In this document: positions 12,314-24,563 of the stretch, one piece after another
Numbering within the stretch: the stretch's first letter is position 1
Layout of the letters: the number at the start of each line of letters is the position of its first letter
Origin: Thalia democratica
Lineage: Eukaryota
Direction of reading: 5' to 3'
DNA: 64,000 nt
Assembly: GCA_965202585.1 (NCBI GenBank)
Contig: OZ241828.1
Coordinates: 65,968,001-66,032,000 of the forward strand
Translations under genes and position numbers: made by a program
Notes under the pieces: generated by a model
Told to the model about the DNA's origin: nothing
Seen by the model: only the letters and a program-made list of their open reading frames with translations
Database searches by the model: none

Positions 12314-15300
12314 CAAATTTAAAATCCGGGAAAAACCTGGAATTTGACAATCTAGGCTAAAAAATCCTGGGAAACCTAGAATTTTGAGAATTTTGGAATA
12401 AAAAACCTAGGATTTAAAATTCACTACCTGCGTTTATAGATGAGAAATTTGTTGGGTTGCCACCAATGAGTTCAGTTTCTGTTCAAAGCAAATACAGCAG
12501 CACAGCTTCGAGTTATTTGTAGTTTCAGCAGCCGAATTAAAAAAACAAGAAACCATCCGGCAAACCATGTTATTTCAGAAGAACCTGATTGCAAACAACA
12601 AATTCACTGACAGTTGTTATTTTTTGATTTTTCGATCAGCAAACAATAATCTTTATTTTTTTTAATAATTTTCAAGTTTGGTTTTACAAGCTTGTTTTCG
12701 ACTTTAACTTTAAACGTTAGAACTAACACATAACTCCTTATGTTTAATTACTTTTAAGAAGTTTTGTGTTATTTATGTTTGTTTGTAAACACTTATCTTC
12801 ATTTTTATAAAAAGGTTGTATAATAAAACCAATTTTTTTTACAAACGTTGCTGTTTTAGTTTTTAAATCTCAAATATATTTCAATTTGTTACTTATTCTT
12901 TAAACTACAAGAAAAATGTCGTTGCAGTAGTATCTATTTTTTACATAAAATTTTCTATTCTTACATTTAAAAATATTAATAATTATAAGAACGCTAATAT
13001 AGAAAATTTAAGTAAGTTTTTGAAAACGTAAACACTTTTTACGATGTCAAGAAAATAAATTAGTTTTAAAGTCGTAAATGACATAATTAAAACTTTAGAT
13101 GAATAGATTTTTTTACGTGTACGGTCGTAAACTTGTTAGTTTTTTTTGTAAAAGTGTGAATTATAAAAACTTTAGCTATTTTTTTATTTGTTATTTTGTT
13201 AGGATAAAAAAAAACTATATAATACATATGCAGTTTTGTTAAATAAGTTTGTTTTGTTAAAAAAACAAAAAAATTATGATGTTCTATCTAAATTATCTTA
13301 TATTGTTTAAAAGCAAATTTTAAAGAGTTAAACATTTTTACAACAATGATATTATTCAGATTTTATTCTAATTATTCAAGCTTTCTTAAACGTTTAAGTA
13401 AAAAAATATCTTAACAGATATAAACCAACATGTTAAATACCACACAACGGTGCAAAAGAGTCAGTTGGGTTGCTTAGCAACATAAACAGCCCTTTTAAGA
13501 CTTCCTTCACATCAGGACCATTATCTAACTTCACCTGTCGAAGTTTCTTCTTCAGATTACTACAGTGATCAAAGTCAATGAAAAAAATTTTAAATTTTTT
13601 ATGTTAACTAAATATTTCGGTAATTCTAAAAACTTGGTAATAATATTTTATTTTAATGAAATAGTACTTTTTTATATATTTTCTATTTAAAGCTAGGCTA
13701 ATTTTTGTTTACTTTTATGAAAAAAACATTTTTTTTAAAGCTTTATTATCGGCTAAAAATGTGTTTTAACTATGTAAAAATTTGTAGATAGATTTTGTTT
13801 TAAATATAACTATAACTTTTTAACTTATTATTTATAAAATCGCGTTTTTTGTCGAAATTGATTAAAGCTGCTGATATTTTTTTTATTTATGTTTTTTAAG
13901 CTTAAATACAATCATATTTTTGCTTAATTGTACATATATGTTTATAAATTTCATAAATATTGACTTTAGTTAAATATATTTTTGACTCACAGAAATTTAG
14001 TTTACTGTGAGAAATAACTTTTTGAAATCTGATTGTTTTTAGCATACGTGTTATGACTTTAAAATTGAGTTTTATAAAAACTATCACAATATTTAAGATA
14101 ATTACTTCCTTATTTAGATTTGATTATAAGCTTTCAAAAAAAAAAAAAACTTTAACTAAGAAATATTTTATGTAGAATAAAAAAATAAAAACTAGACACT
14201 TTAAATGCAAAAAAATTAATTGCACACTAAAACTAGAATAGTATTTAACGAAATAACATTAAATAATATAAAAGTTTTGTTTACTAGTTTTAAAGTTATA
14301 AACTGCTGAAAATGGTAGCAGGTACAATATCAACACCTTTGTTCAGATTTTGTCCTCATATTTTACAAAAAAAATTAAAAGCAAAATAAAAAATTGCCCA
14401 AAAACACGATTGATTTAGACCGGCAATTGTTTTTCCGATTTTTGAAATACCAATGCAATCAATTTTGAAGTGCAGTTTTCTGTCAGTTCAATAAGTTGTT
14501 TGTTCTGAGTCAAATACGTCTCTTGACACGAGACAGTTGCATTTTGTTAAAGAGCAGTTTGTAAAATTGTAACAAATAATCTTTGTTAATAAATGTATAA
14601 TTTTAAAATTTATTTTTAGTGTAAAATTAATTTGAACTTAGTGATAAGTCACATTATTATAAGTTATTTTTGTTTTTTTTACTGAATAACAAAACAACTT
14701 TCTTTACATTAAAGTGCATTATCCGTTTTATGGGAAATTAAAATATATATAATCAGTTGTATTACAGCTTTTAATGGCAATAATTGATCTTTTTTTAAAG
14801 ATTAACTGTTAAAAGTTTGAATAGTAAATATTAATTGATATAAAAGATGAATTCTAGTATGAATTACTTAATCTCTAAATAGTTATAATTTAAAGTATTG
14901 TAAAGTGATATAAAGTATCGTTTAAAAGCTATTATTTTAATTTTAAAAATTGTTCTCAAGAAAGTAGCAAATACTTTAAACGAAGCAAACGTATTTATGA
15001 TTCACTACTTAATTTAGTTTTTCTTAAGTTTTAAATAGTAGCACTTGAAAGATAAGATAATAAAAAAATAGTAGCTCGTTTTGGCTTATAAATCAGTGTT
15101 CTAGTAACTCGTTGTTGTTAGCTTAAAATTAACGTAATTTGTTACCTACAGGTCATTTATAGTGTTAGCTGTTATCAAGTAAGTAGTTTATTATGTTAAT
15201 ATTTTATTAGTTTGTTGTTTCTTATCATATGACAAAATGAGAAAATAAATAAAATATTCAATCAAATTAAAACAAACTAGATTATTTTTGTTAAAATAAA

Positions 15301-16533
15301 CAAAAACGCTTTAAAACTTTGTATTTATAATTTATAATTAAACATAAAATTAATTTAGATTGGAAAATATTTTAAATAATATCTAAGAAAATTCACAGTA
15401 AAAAGACATTAAGAAAAAAAATATTTGTTAAGCAAGTTTAATGATAAACAATATTTTGCATGCATATAGGTTTTTTAATCTTCGCTCTTACTTCACTTTA
15501 TAAGCTTAGGAATTTTCTTCTACTTTACTTCTTAATACTTGTAGTAAATATTCCTAAGTTTTAGAAAAGTATATAAAATTACTCCAAATTTGCAGCTAAC
15601 TATAAAATAAACAATTTTTTAACTAGTCATTAATAAATTCATTATAAAAAAGTTCGTTTTTGATCTGGTTTAAAGTTCTTTTAAAGCTAGTAAGGTTGTA
15701 ACAAAAATGTTTTTAAAGCTATTTAAACTGTCGTTTTTAAAACTTAACTGTTTTTAAACTTTTTCACTGTCTTTAAACCATAAAAATTTATTTAACAAAA
15801 TATCACTACTTAAATTTTCCATCGTTTATATATCAACTCTATACTTTGGTAATTAATTAAATTTTATATAACTACTTTTTCCTTAATTACTTTTTATTAC
15901 TATAACTTTTACTTAAAAGTTAGATTATATATCATATAATTCAAGTTAAGGTTATACATTTTTGTAGAAAAGTATTAAAGCTTAAGTAAGAAAATAAAGA
16001 TACTTTTAATCTTCATACTGTATTAAATTTATTTTTTTAATTAGTTGAAACTTTTAATTTTAAAAAATAGCATAAACTGTTTTTTCTATATTAGATTTTA
16101 AATATTTTATTCAAATAAAACTAAATTCTGATAAAAATGAAAAATTATAACAGTTATAAAGGTTTGCTACAAAACTAAAACATCAAAAAAATAGTTGAAA
16201 AACAACTGGGAACAAAAAATCAAACAAAGAAAGTTTGTAAAGAATAGTAATGCAATCTTTTTAAGAAAAGTTTTTATTTTGGCAAGATAACAATAAGTAA
16301 CTAAACATTTATTTGAAAGTTTATTTTAAAAAAAGTTTATTGCAAAGTATAAAGATAATCGACTTATAATTAATTTAATTTTTAAAAGTTACTTTTGTTT
16401 TTCAATATTAGTACTGTGCACACGATGCTAAAACTTAGTCTAGTTTAGACATCAAGTTAACACCAGGTACTCTTAAATTTTGATTTAAACAGTATTCAAT
16501 TCTTGGAATGTTAACTTAATTGTAAATTTCAAG

Positions 16534-19318
16534 GTGGTAATAGGCACGTTCCTAAAAAAAGCGAAAGTAAATTGAAAGTAAAAAAAGCAAGAAAAGCAAG
16601 AAAGAGAAATAAAACGCGCAAACTTCCGCCAGCCAAGTTTATCGACAGGGACCACACGTTCAACTACTACAAGTTTACAAAGAAAATGACGTCAGCGATT
16701 TGGAGGTGCGACAAGCGAGTTGGCGGATGCAAAGCCAGGATTCACACTGATTTGCTAACTAACAAGGTTCATTTTATTTTTTGAAAACTTCATGATTTGA
16801 TAACAAACATAACTAAAGTTTTTAAAGTCTTTGTATAAATAGTTACATTTAAGTATGCGATAAAAATACTGATATAGTGTTTTTTGAAAAGTCTTAGCTG
16901 TTTAAACTCTGTTCATAAAAATTGGTAAACTTTAATTGTTTAAATGTTTACTTTATTTATGTTAAATTTTTGCGATTAACATTTAGTAGGGGCTGCATAA
17001 AGTACAGCTAACATGTTTTATCCTGTCACTTACAGAAGTCTTCAGCTTGCGATTAAGTTTTCAGCTAAAAACATATTGGGAGTGCTTTTTAGTAAAATAG
17101 TAATGAAATATAATCTTAATTTTATTATTAATACATGATAGTGCTCATTAAAAAATATTTTATCAGAATTTTTTTTTGATGATTTGTTCATAACATGAAA
17201 TTTCTAAATACCTTTTTAGGTCTTTAATAATTTATTTTCACAAGTTCAAAATATATTTAGACCTACTAGGAAAGCTGCCTACATCTAGTTTAAAATTTGT
17301 ACTGTTTATAACTCAAACTACGAAACTCAGCATAAAATATAATATGTTTTAGTGTTTACTTATATAAGAAATTTTATCCTTTAACTAAATGATAGTACTG
17401 TAAGCCAAACATGTCTGTTTAATTTATAGAAAATCGTAGTCATCGGAACAAACTTACTCAAATTTACATCCTGTTTTCTACGCTCAAATTAAAATATTTG
17501 TTTTACTAAAAACTATGAAAAATTATACATCCTTCTCACACTTTAAAAGTTCTTAGTTTTTGAGAATTACGATAAAACTTAGTAAAACTGCTTTTGTACA
17601 AAAAAAATTATACATATTTTGTCAGTTAGAAATAATTTTTATTTTATAATACTAGAGCCAACTTAATGTATTCTATAAATTTTAAACAGGTAGTAAAACG
17701 AACAAATGATCACAACCATGACAGCAATCCTAAAGAAGTTGAGATGAAGAAGTTGAAAGCTCTAGTTAAAATCAAAGCTTTACAAACCGACATTCATCAA
17801 GATCAGGTTAATTTAATTGCATATATTTTACAAGAAACGTTGTAAGGTAATCACGTATTCAACAGTTATGACTAAAATAGTATTTATTAAACTGTTTTGT
17901 GACTTTAATACTAGTACATAGTTAATACTTTGACATTAGCTTGAAAAGCAATTAGAACAGAAGTACAAGTAATATAACATTTGATATGGTTAATTAAAAA
18001 AAATTGTTTTAGCCGATACTAGCTCAAAGCTGTATTTGGCTTAGCTGTATCTAGTATTATTGTGAAAATATTTCCAATTTACAGTTAGCGTTGTTTTATG
18101 CGTTTTTTTTCATTTTTGCTGTAAAACAACTAGTACTTTCAATCTGAAGCTTTTTTATTTAGGTTATTGAATTAAGTAAGAAAGAGCTTGGAATAAAAAT
18201 TGAGCTGGACCAAGTTCAGAGGCGCAATTTAAAGAAAATTATCAGAAGAGAAAGATTATTTAAAGAAACATTTCTCGACTCTAAGTTCCTTTGTTTTTTG
18301 AAAAAAATAGTGGCGGTTAGTGATTAAGCAGTGTGACAATTTAAAATATTTTACTATATAAACGTAAATTATTTAACTTTTAATCCTATAAATTAAAAGT
18401 TAGTAATAACATTACGCTTAGTCTACATTCAAATGCAGAAAATTATAAAATTGTACATAAGTTTACTTTTAAATTTTATAAAATTCATACTTATTTTACA
18501 AAGACACTTTGTTTAAATTATAACAACCACATAAATAAATAATAGTAGAATTGGAGGACGAAACAAATCAGGTGGAACAATATCACCAACACTCACAGAA
18601 ATATTATCGTCATGGGCATAACAGTCATTTTAGTAACGAGAAAGATTATTACAATCACGGTCGCCTGCAAACGTTTAGAAATAACCTGCACGATGTAAAA
18701 CCTGTGAACGTTTATGTAGAGTCAACAGGTCAGAAAAGTATATTAATTTGTTAAAAGTATGTATTTGTGTTATTAGAATTAAAACAACTTTTTTTGATGT
18801 CCTTTTTATCACATGAACATAGATTAATATAGTAAAAGGATAATTTTGAAAGCTAAGGTTTACATTACTTAGTTTAAAAAAAATGTTTTTATAGGTAATT
18901 TTTGTTATCTAAATACTCAAAGGTCGAGATACACGGAGAACCAACAGCAAAATGAAGCGATTAATGCACTTATCAAAATTGGTTTGTGATTTAACTGATC
19001 AATAAAGTGTATTATCTAATAAATGTAGATACTTGCCATCTTTTTTTTTACTATAAGTATGTAACGTTAAATTAAAACACAACATTTGCAATTTTGAAAA
19101 ATTAATTATAAAGCAAAATATAAAATGTGTTTTAGAAAGATTATGATTTTAAAGTACTACGTATTAAAAACAATGCATTAATTACACAAAAGTTTTCAAA
19201 CATTTTACTTATAAAACGTCAATAGTTTTTTATTTTACTTTCAGATCAACCTATCGTAGTCCATATAATTCAGGACGGTCCACTAAAGAAGACATACAAA
19301 AAGGAACCTCATTTTTAG
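16534..19318 (+). CDS. Spliced FLYWCH-type zinc-finger protein (MULE-transposase-derived). Exons 16534-16766, 17690-17806, 18163-~18315, 18546-18728, 18895-18981, 19245-19318; first exon(s) not located
   Basis: Joining exons 1-2 in phase 0 gives HTFNYYKFTKKMTSAIWRCDKRVGGCKARIHTDLLTNK|VVKRTNDHNHD, i.e. W-R-C-x6-C-x-A-R...H-N-H. Exon 3 has NLKKIIRRER. The last three exons join in phase 1 with GT-AG ends and stop at TAG 19316-18; AATAAA at 19527/19531. The exon 3 donor is ambiguous. Confidence 0.75.
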
Positions 19319-20116
19319 GATACCTACTAAAACAGAAATTCAAGAGCACTCAGCTTATTTTTATTATTAAACACTAATAGACTAAAGATCTTAAAAATAT
19401 GTTTATTAAAATTAGTTTCATATAATATATCCTAAACTTAATGTTTTAGGGTTTAACTGCACAGATTTTCAAAGTTCTGATTTACTGTTCTATCTATTAT
19501 ACTTGTTTTTCATTGTTTGTTGGTGTAATAAATAAACTAGTTTTTTTTTAATACTTTTGACTTTTGTTTATTAATATAATACCTAATATTTACAAATTTC
19601 AAATTAAAAAAAAAAACTTGATTAACAATTTAACAATAAAACCGCATTTAGGTAAACATTAAAAAAACATTTCATTTTGTTAAATTGTAAATGTCGTGAA
19701 TACTTTATAATTTTTTATTAATGTAAAAGGCAAAAGAGCTAGGTGTTGGAATTATAAAATGTTTTTAGTTTAAGATTCCTATTTCACTATAGTTTGATTT
19801 AAGTTAACTACACAAACCAGAGCACAAATTACCATTATTGTTAAAACATAATTGAAACAGCCTTCACTTAAGTTGCTTTTACCTGAAATAAAACAAAAAT
19901 AGTTTGAGATGTTTAGCTTTTAAAACGTAAAATAAAAATCAAGTTAGTTTGAATATAGGCAATTACTAAGATTTTATTTAAAAAGGAACTCAAACAATAA
20001 ATTTAGTTAGCAAAACAAAACTATTTAAAAGTAAGTTGTACATACAGTTTACAGTGCTAAATAACAACGAAAAGATTTAAAAATTACTGAAATGTTATAA
20101 ATTGTAGTATCAATTA

Positions 20117-20647
20117 ATTCTTTCAAGAATTTATTTTACAAAGACCTTTCGGTCAAAGACCTTTTCAGTGCTTAAATAAATCTAAAAAGATATGTAACAG
20201 ATATATATGACATTTGGACAGGATTTCATAGCTATTACAAACACAAGATTATTTAAATTTTCAATGGTTACGTCACGATTAAAATAAGCTACGTCAAAAA
20301 GCATCTCAACTTTAAGCTCACTTTATTTGATACATTTTTGCTTAAGCAATGTTTACTTTAAAAAATTAGTTAGAAGAAAAAAAAACTACATAAAGCTTTT
20401 ATCATTATTATTGTTGTTCTACTTATTTTAAAACTTAACTTAAATTTAAACTTCACCTTAAATTCAATGTTAATTTAAAATTCAATTCGTTTAGTTTTTT
20501 AAGTAAAAATTTTGAGTAGAAATTTGTTTGCAATTTAACTATTTTAATACTATTTTCGATGACTGTTACATATCTTTTTAGATTTATTTAAGCCCTGACG
20601 AGGTATTTGACTGAAACTTAGTTTGTAAAATAAACTCTTGAAAGAAT
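20117..20647. mobile_element. Inverted-repeat element with hammerhead-ribozyme-like cores (Penelope-like pLTR remnant)
   Basis: ~85-bp arms at 20117-20200 and 20563-20647; right arm CTGACGA-ggtatttgact-GAAAC, left arm (minus strand) CTGAAAA-GGTCtttGACC-GAAA, each followed by aaataaa. Confidence 0.6.
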
Positions 20648-21049
20648 AAATTCATTATTTCTCTTCCAGTAGTTGAGATCTCTTTAGTTGTTTTCTTAAA
20701 ACCAAAACATGTAATGTTTAAAAATTCAACAACAAAGTTTATCAAAAAACTATTATTGAAAACGCTTAAAGCATTTTCATTCTTTTTTTTCTCTCCGTTA
20801 TCAAATCAATAATATTTATTGTAAGTTTAAAATTATGGTCTTGAGGATCTTCCTTTTACAGCTTATGGCCTCCTAAATTTCTTTAATTGTTTCTAAGATA
20901 TTTAGTATAAGTGTTTTAACTACTATTAAAAGTCCCTAAGACCTGTATTTGATATTTGCTCTTTTTCATCAACTCAAGAATATCGAGTGTAAATTTCAAA
21001 TTATGACCTCATGGGCTGTGAAACCTTTTCTGCTAATGGCCTCTAAGAG

Positions 21050-21078
21050 CGCAACTTGGCCCACGTTGGGAAACCCTG
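21050..21078. mobile_element. Solo hAT-like terminal inverted repeat
   Basis: ggcccacgttgggaaaccctg is the reverse complement of CAGGGTTTCCCAACGTGGGCC, a typical hAT MITE terminus; partner end not found. Confidence 0.4.
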
Positions 21079-22138
21079 ATACAATTATTTACAAAATTCT
21101 TTAAATTTTATTTTATTATCGTGATTTTGTAAAGTTTTTTTTTACGAAATTATAAATATTTAAAAAGCTGGTATATATCTAACATAACAAAATACATACA
21201 ACATTATCCTAATCAAAAATGTGTTTTTTTATTAAATTTTTCAGTTATTCTGAAGTAACTTATTTTAAATTTCTTAAAAATTAACAAAAAAAGTTTTTTA
21301 TTGGTTAATTTTGTACTTTATAATAAATTAAATTGATAGGCATTGAGTACTATGAAAAAAGCATGCGTGTATCTTTTGTAATATAAATTAGATTATTGGT
21401 GCTGTAGTTCCAAAATATAATAGATTAGACTTTAACGCTTTCTAAACAAAAGTTTTATTTCTGTTTAGAGCACAGATCAAACTCTTTATTTATTGACTTA
21501 TACTAGCATTGTAATCTAAAATCTAGTTCATAATAGTAATAATTTTCGTATATAAAATTAGCTCATTGAGAAAAAACTTAATTTTATACATTAATACAGT
21601 TTAAATTTATATTCTGTTTTAGCTTAATGTAAGGCAAGATTTCTACATACATTTTTATGGTCGACCCCTTTCTTTTAGTTTTTAAAAATATCCCTCTTAA
21701 TAAGTAACTAACCATTCATTTTCATCCTAAATATTAGATATTGCTTGATAAATTAAACTACGGATCACGTTGAGGATTATATCTTAATCTAAATTAGTAC
21801 AAACAAAAAGTATGGTCGGAAGTCATTTATAATTTTTATTTCAACAACTATGATTTTTGTATATTTTAAGTCAATTTGTTTAGGAATGTAACAAATTTGA
21901 ATTTTTAATGCTTGATACATATTATTTCCGAAACTTATAGTTTAAAAGATAGTTTATATTCATTTGAACAGTTTAAATGGTAATACTTTATTTAAGTTTA
22001 ACTTCATTAAATTAAATAATATTTATATAGCAGTCAATTGTGCTTTTTTTACGATTTTTATCTAGTTTAAGGTAACTTAGTCACTATCTTAACTTTTACA
22101 ACAGAAGTTCACACTAAAGCAAAAAAAAAACAACGGAT

Positions 22139-23055
22139 ATGAACAATCAGAGTAAAATCGAATACTACAAGGTGAGCTACAAACATTTTACATGATAAAT
22201 GTTTATAAAGTTTAATGAAAAGAAAAATAATTGAATTTTTTTCACGTTGATATAATTTTAACTATATTGAAAAGTTTCAAAAGTATGATTTTTAAACTCA
22301 ATTTTTAAACAAAAGCAGTAAATTTCAAAAATTAAAAAAAAAAAATTAAAAGTTTCATAGTATAAAACGTTAAAAAAGCAAAAAAAAGCCGTTCACTTCA
22401 TAATTTGAAAAAAACAGTAATTTAAAACTGAAAAATACTTTTTACAAATAAAAAGTTTTACATAAGTGTGTTAAAAAAATTGAATCGGCTTTTTTGATAT
22501 CAGGAGGTCAACGTGAAGTTAAAAGAAGAACTTGATACCCATTATGAGAATTGGCAGGAAATAATTGACAATAGAGTGGCTAATTTAAATTTGTTGTTTG
22601 AATTCCATGAAACTGCAGAAGAAAATAAAGAAAACCTTGAAAATAAAATTCAAAAGGCCCGTACAAAACTTATCTAAGAAGAAAATATGTCTGATAAACG
22701 TGTTAGACTCTTAAAGGATGATCTTGGTCAGTTTCAAGTTGAACTGAACGAAAAGTATGACTACTATTGTGACTTGATTTTTCAACAAGCAATTGTAATA
22801 AGAGTTCTCAATATAGACTTTTATGACTCAAATTAAATATAACAACGAGGTCTGACTTTTCAAAGAACTCAGCAATTTAAAAAATTTCAAGCTAATGAGT
22901 CATTTGTTGGTGATCAGTGTATGATATGCATGGAAGACATTGAAATCGGTAGAAATATGATGTGTCTCGACTGCAATGGTCAGCAAACTTTTTCTCAAGT
23001 TTGTATTGAAAGATGGTCTGCTAACCATAACACATGCCCCATTTGTAAGTTCTAA
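22139..23055 (+). pseudogene. Unprocessed RING-H2 E3 ligase pseudogene (exons 22139-22171 and 22504-23055)
   Basis: ATG...AAG|gtgagc and cag|GAG phase-0 intron; coiled-coil-like region then CMICMEDIEIGRNMMCLDCNGQQTFSQVCIERWSANHNTCPIC; three in-frame TAA stops (22675, 22834, 22840) and two Zn-ligand positions lost (H>Q, C/H>S). Confidence 0.85.
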
Positions 23056-24230
23056 AAACTTCCTTATCTCATAAAAACTCTTCGATAGTATCATTTATAA
23101 ATAAAACTTTTTCAGTTACACTTATTGCTTTTATTGTTGTTCGTTTTTAATATATTTTCATGGTAAAGTTTAGTTTTTAAGGAAATTAGTTTTAAAGCCT
23201 TTTCTTTAACCTAGTATAACTTTATTTTTTAAACCAAAAATTTGTAATAGGTCAAAAATATTAACTCAAAATAGATTTTACAGTTCCAGAGCAAATTACT
23301 TTTAATTTATTTCTACTATTTTTAATTAATTAATTTAGATTTGCATCATAATTATTATAAGTATCTACCTGAATTGAGAAAGGTTATCATTATTAAATTC
23401 AGTGAATGGCGTTATGTAACAAAATCATAATTTCTTGTCTTAGTGTATTCTATCAACATTTTTTTTTATCTTTTCACCTATTAAATACTCTTAAATTAGG
23501 TATATTGGTTAGAACTATCTTTTGTGTACAATTAGGAATAAATCAAATGTTTAATAGTGTACAAAACAATGATTAACAATTGTTGTAAATTACTAGTCAT
23601 CTCTTCAGTCTTGATAAAGATTTCTAAATTTACATCCCTCTTGTTCACTGATATACTAGATATTGCACTACGACTGTTTAAGTTGCCAAAAAAGTAGCGT
23701 TATCTCCGTTTGAAAATAACGGGATTAGACTAGAATTTTTTTTATTAGCAGTAAATAGAAATAGAGAAAAAACAATTAATTTCGTCAAAAAATTGGATTT
23801 CTATTCTACAGGATTCTAGTAGTTTGATTTTATGTAAAATAAAAAAAAAACAATATTGTTGCAGTACGATAATTGAGACTTAAATAAAAAACTAATTAAC
23901 TATTTGAAACTTATTCTACTTGTAATTAAAGTTTTCTTTTAACTAAACACTGAAAATTTAGTCATAAAATAGGCTACAATTGTAAATAAGATAAACCTTT
24001 AACTTGTTTTAAAACTACTAGACAAATTCAGTTTCCAAAAAAAAAATTGAAAAAAAAAACTTTATAAACGCTTGATTAATATAACTTGAATTCAATGATA
24101 AATTAAGTATATTAAGGTTTTTTCTCTAAAAATCTGGCAACTATTGGTACAAAAAAAAATCTAAAGCATCTTTGTTAGGTTTTAAATTTTAGATTTTATA
24201 TTATTTTTTGAAAAAATTGTAGTAACAGTC

Positions 24231-24563
24231 GTTTATTAAACGATAAAAAAAAAGCTCTCAAAAAGTTTAGTCTAAGTACCTGGTGTACGAAATCTTCGGT
24301 TATCGAGTCATTATGCTTATAAAATTTCATATAATCTTAAAAAATATTTTATTTATTTTTAAATTTCTAAATCTTAAGAAACAAAAACAACAAATAAAAT
24401 AAAATAAAAAAGAGAAAATTAAACAAAAATATTTAGTAAGTTTACATTTTTGCAAGTATAAGTAACCCAAGTAATAGTAAGTATGACTCGATAACCGAAG
24501 ATTCCGTACAACAGGTCCTTAGACTAAACTTTTTGAGAGCTTTTTTTTTATCGTTTAATAAAC
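24231..24563. mobile_element. MITE/foldback element with 81-bp terminal inverted repeats
   Basis: Arms 24231-24311 and 24483-24563 are reverse complements with 3 mismatches. Confidence 0.85.

Larger units (their letters stand above)
905..15635 (+). repeat. Segmental duplication, copy A (direct repeat of 46463-62320)
   Basis: Colinear match from ttagttgtcttataactaacagcg (905 vs 46463) to ...cagctaac.ataaaataaacaatttttt (~15600 vs ~62290); ORF-track proteins recur in pairs ~46.65 kb apart. Confidence 0.98.

Noticed and set aside
22900-23094. 64-aa minus-strand ORF
   Set aside because: Antisense shadow of the RING pseudogene
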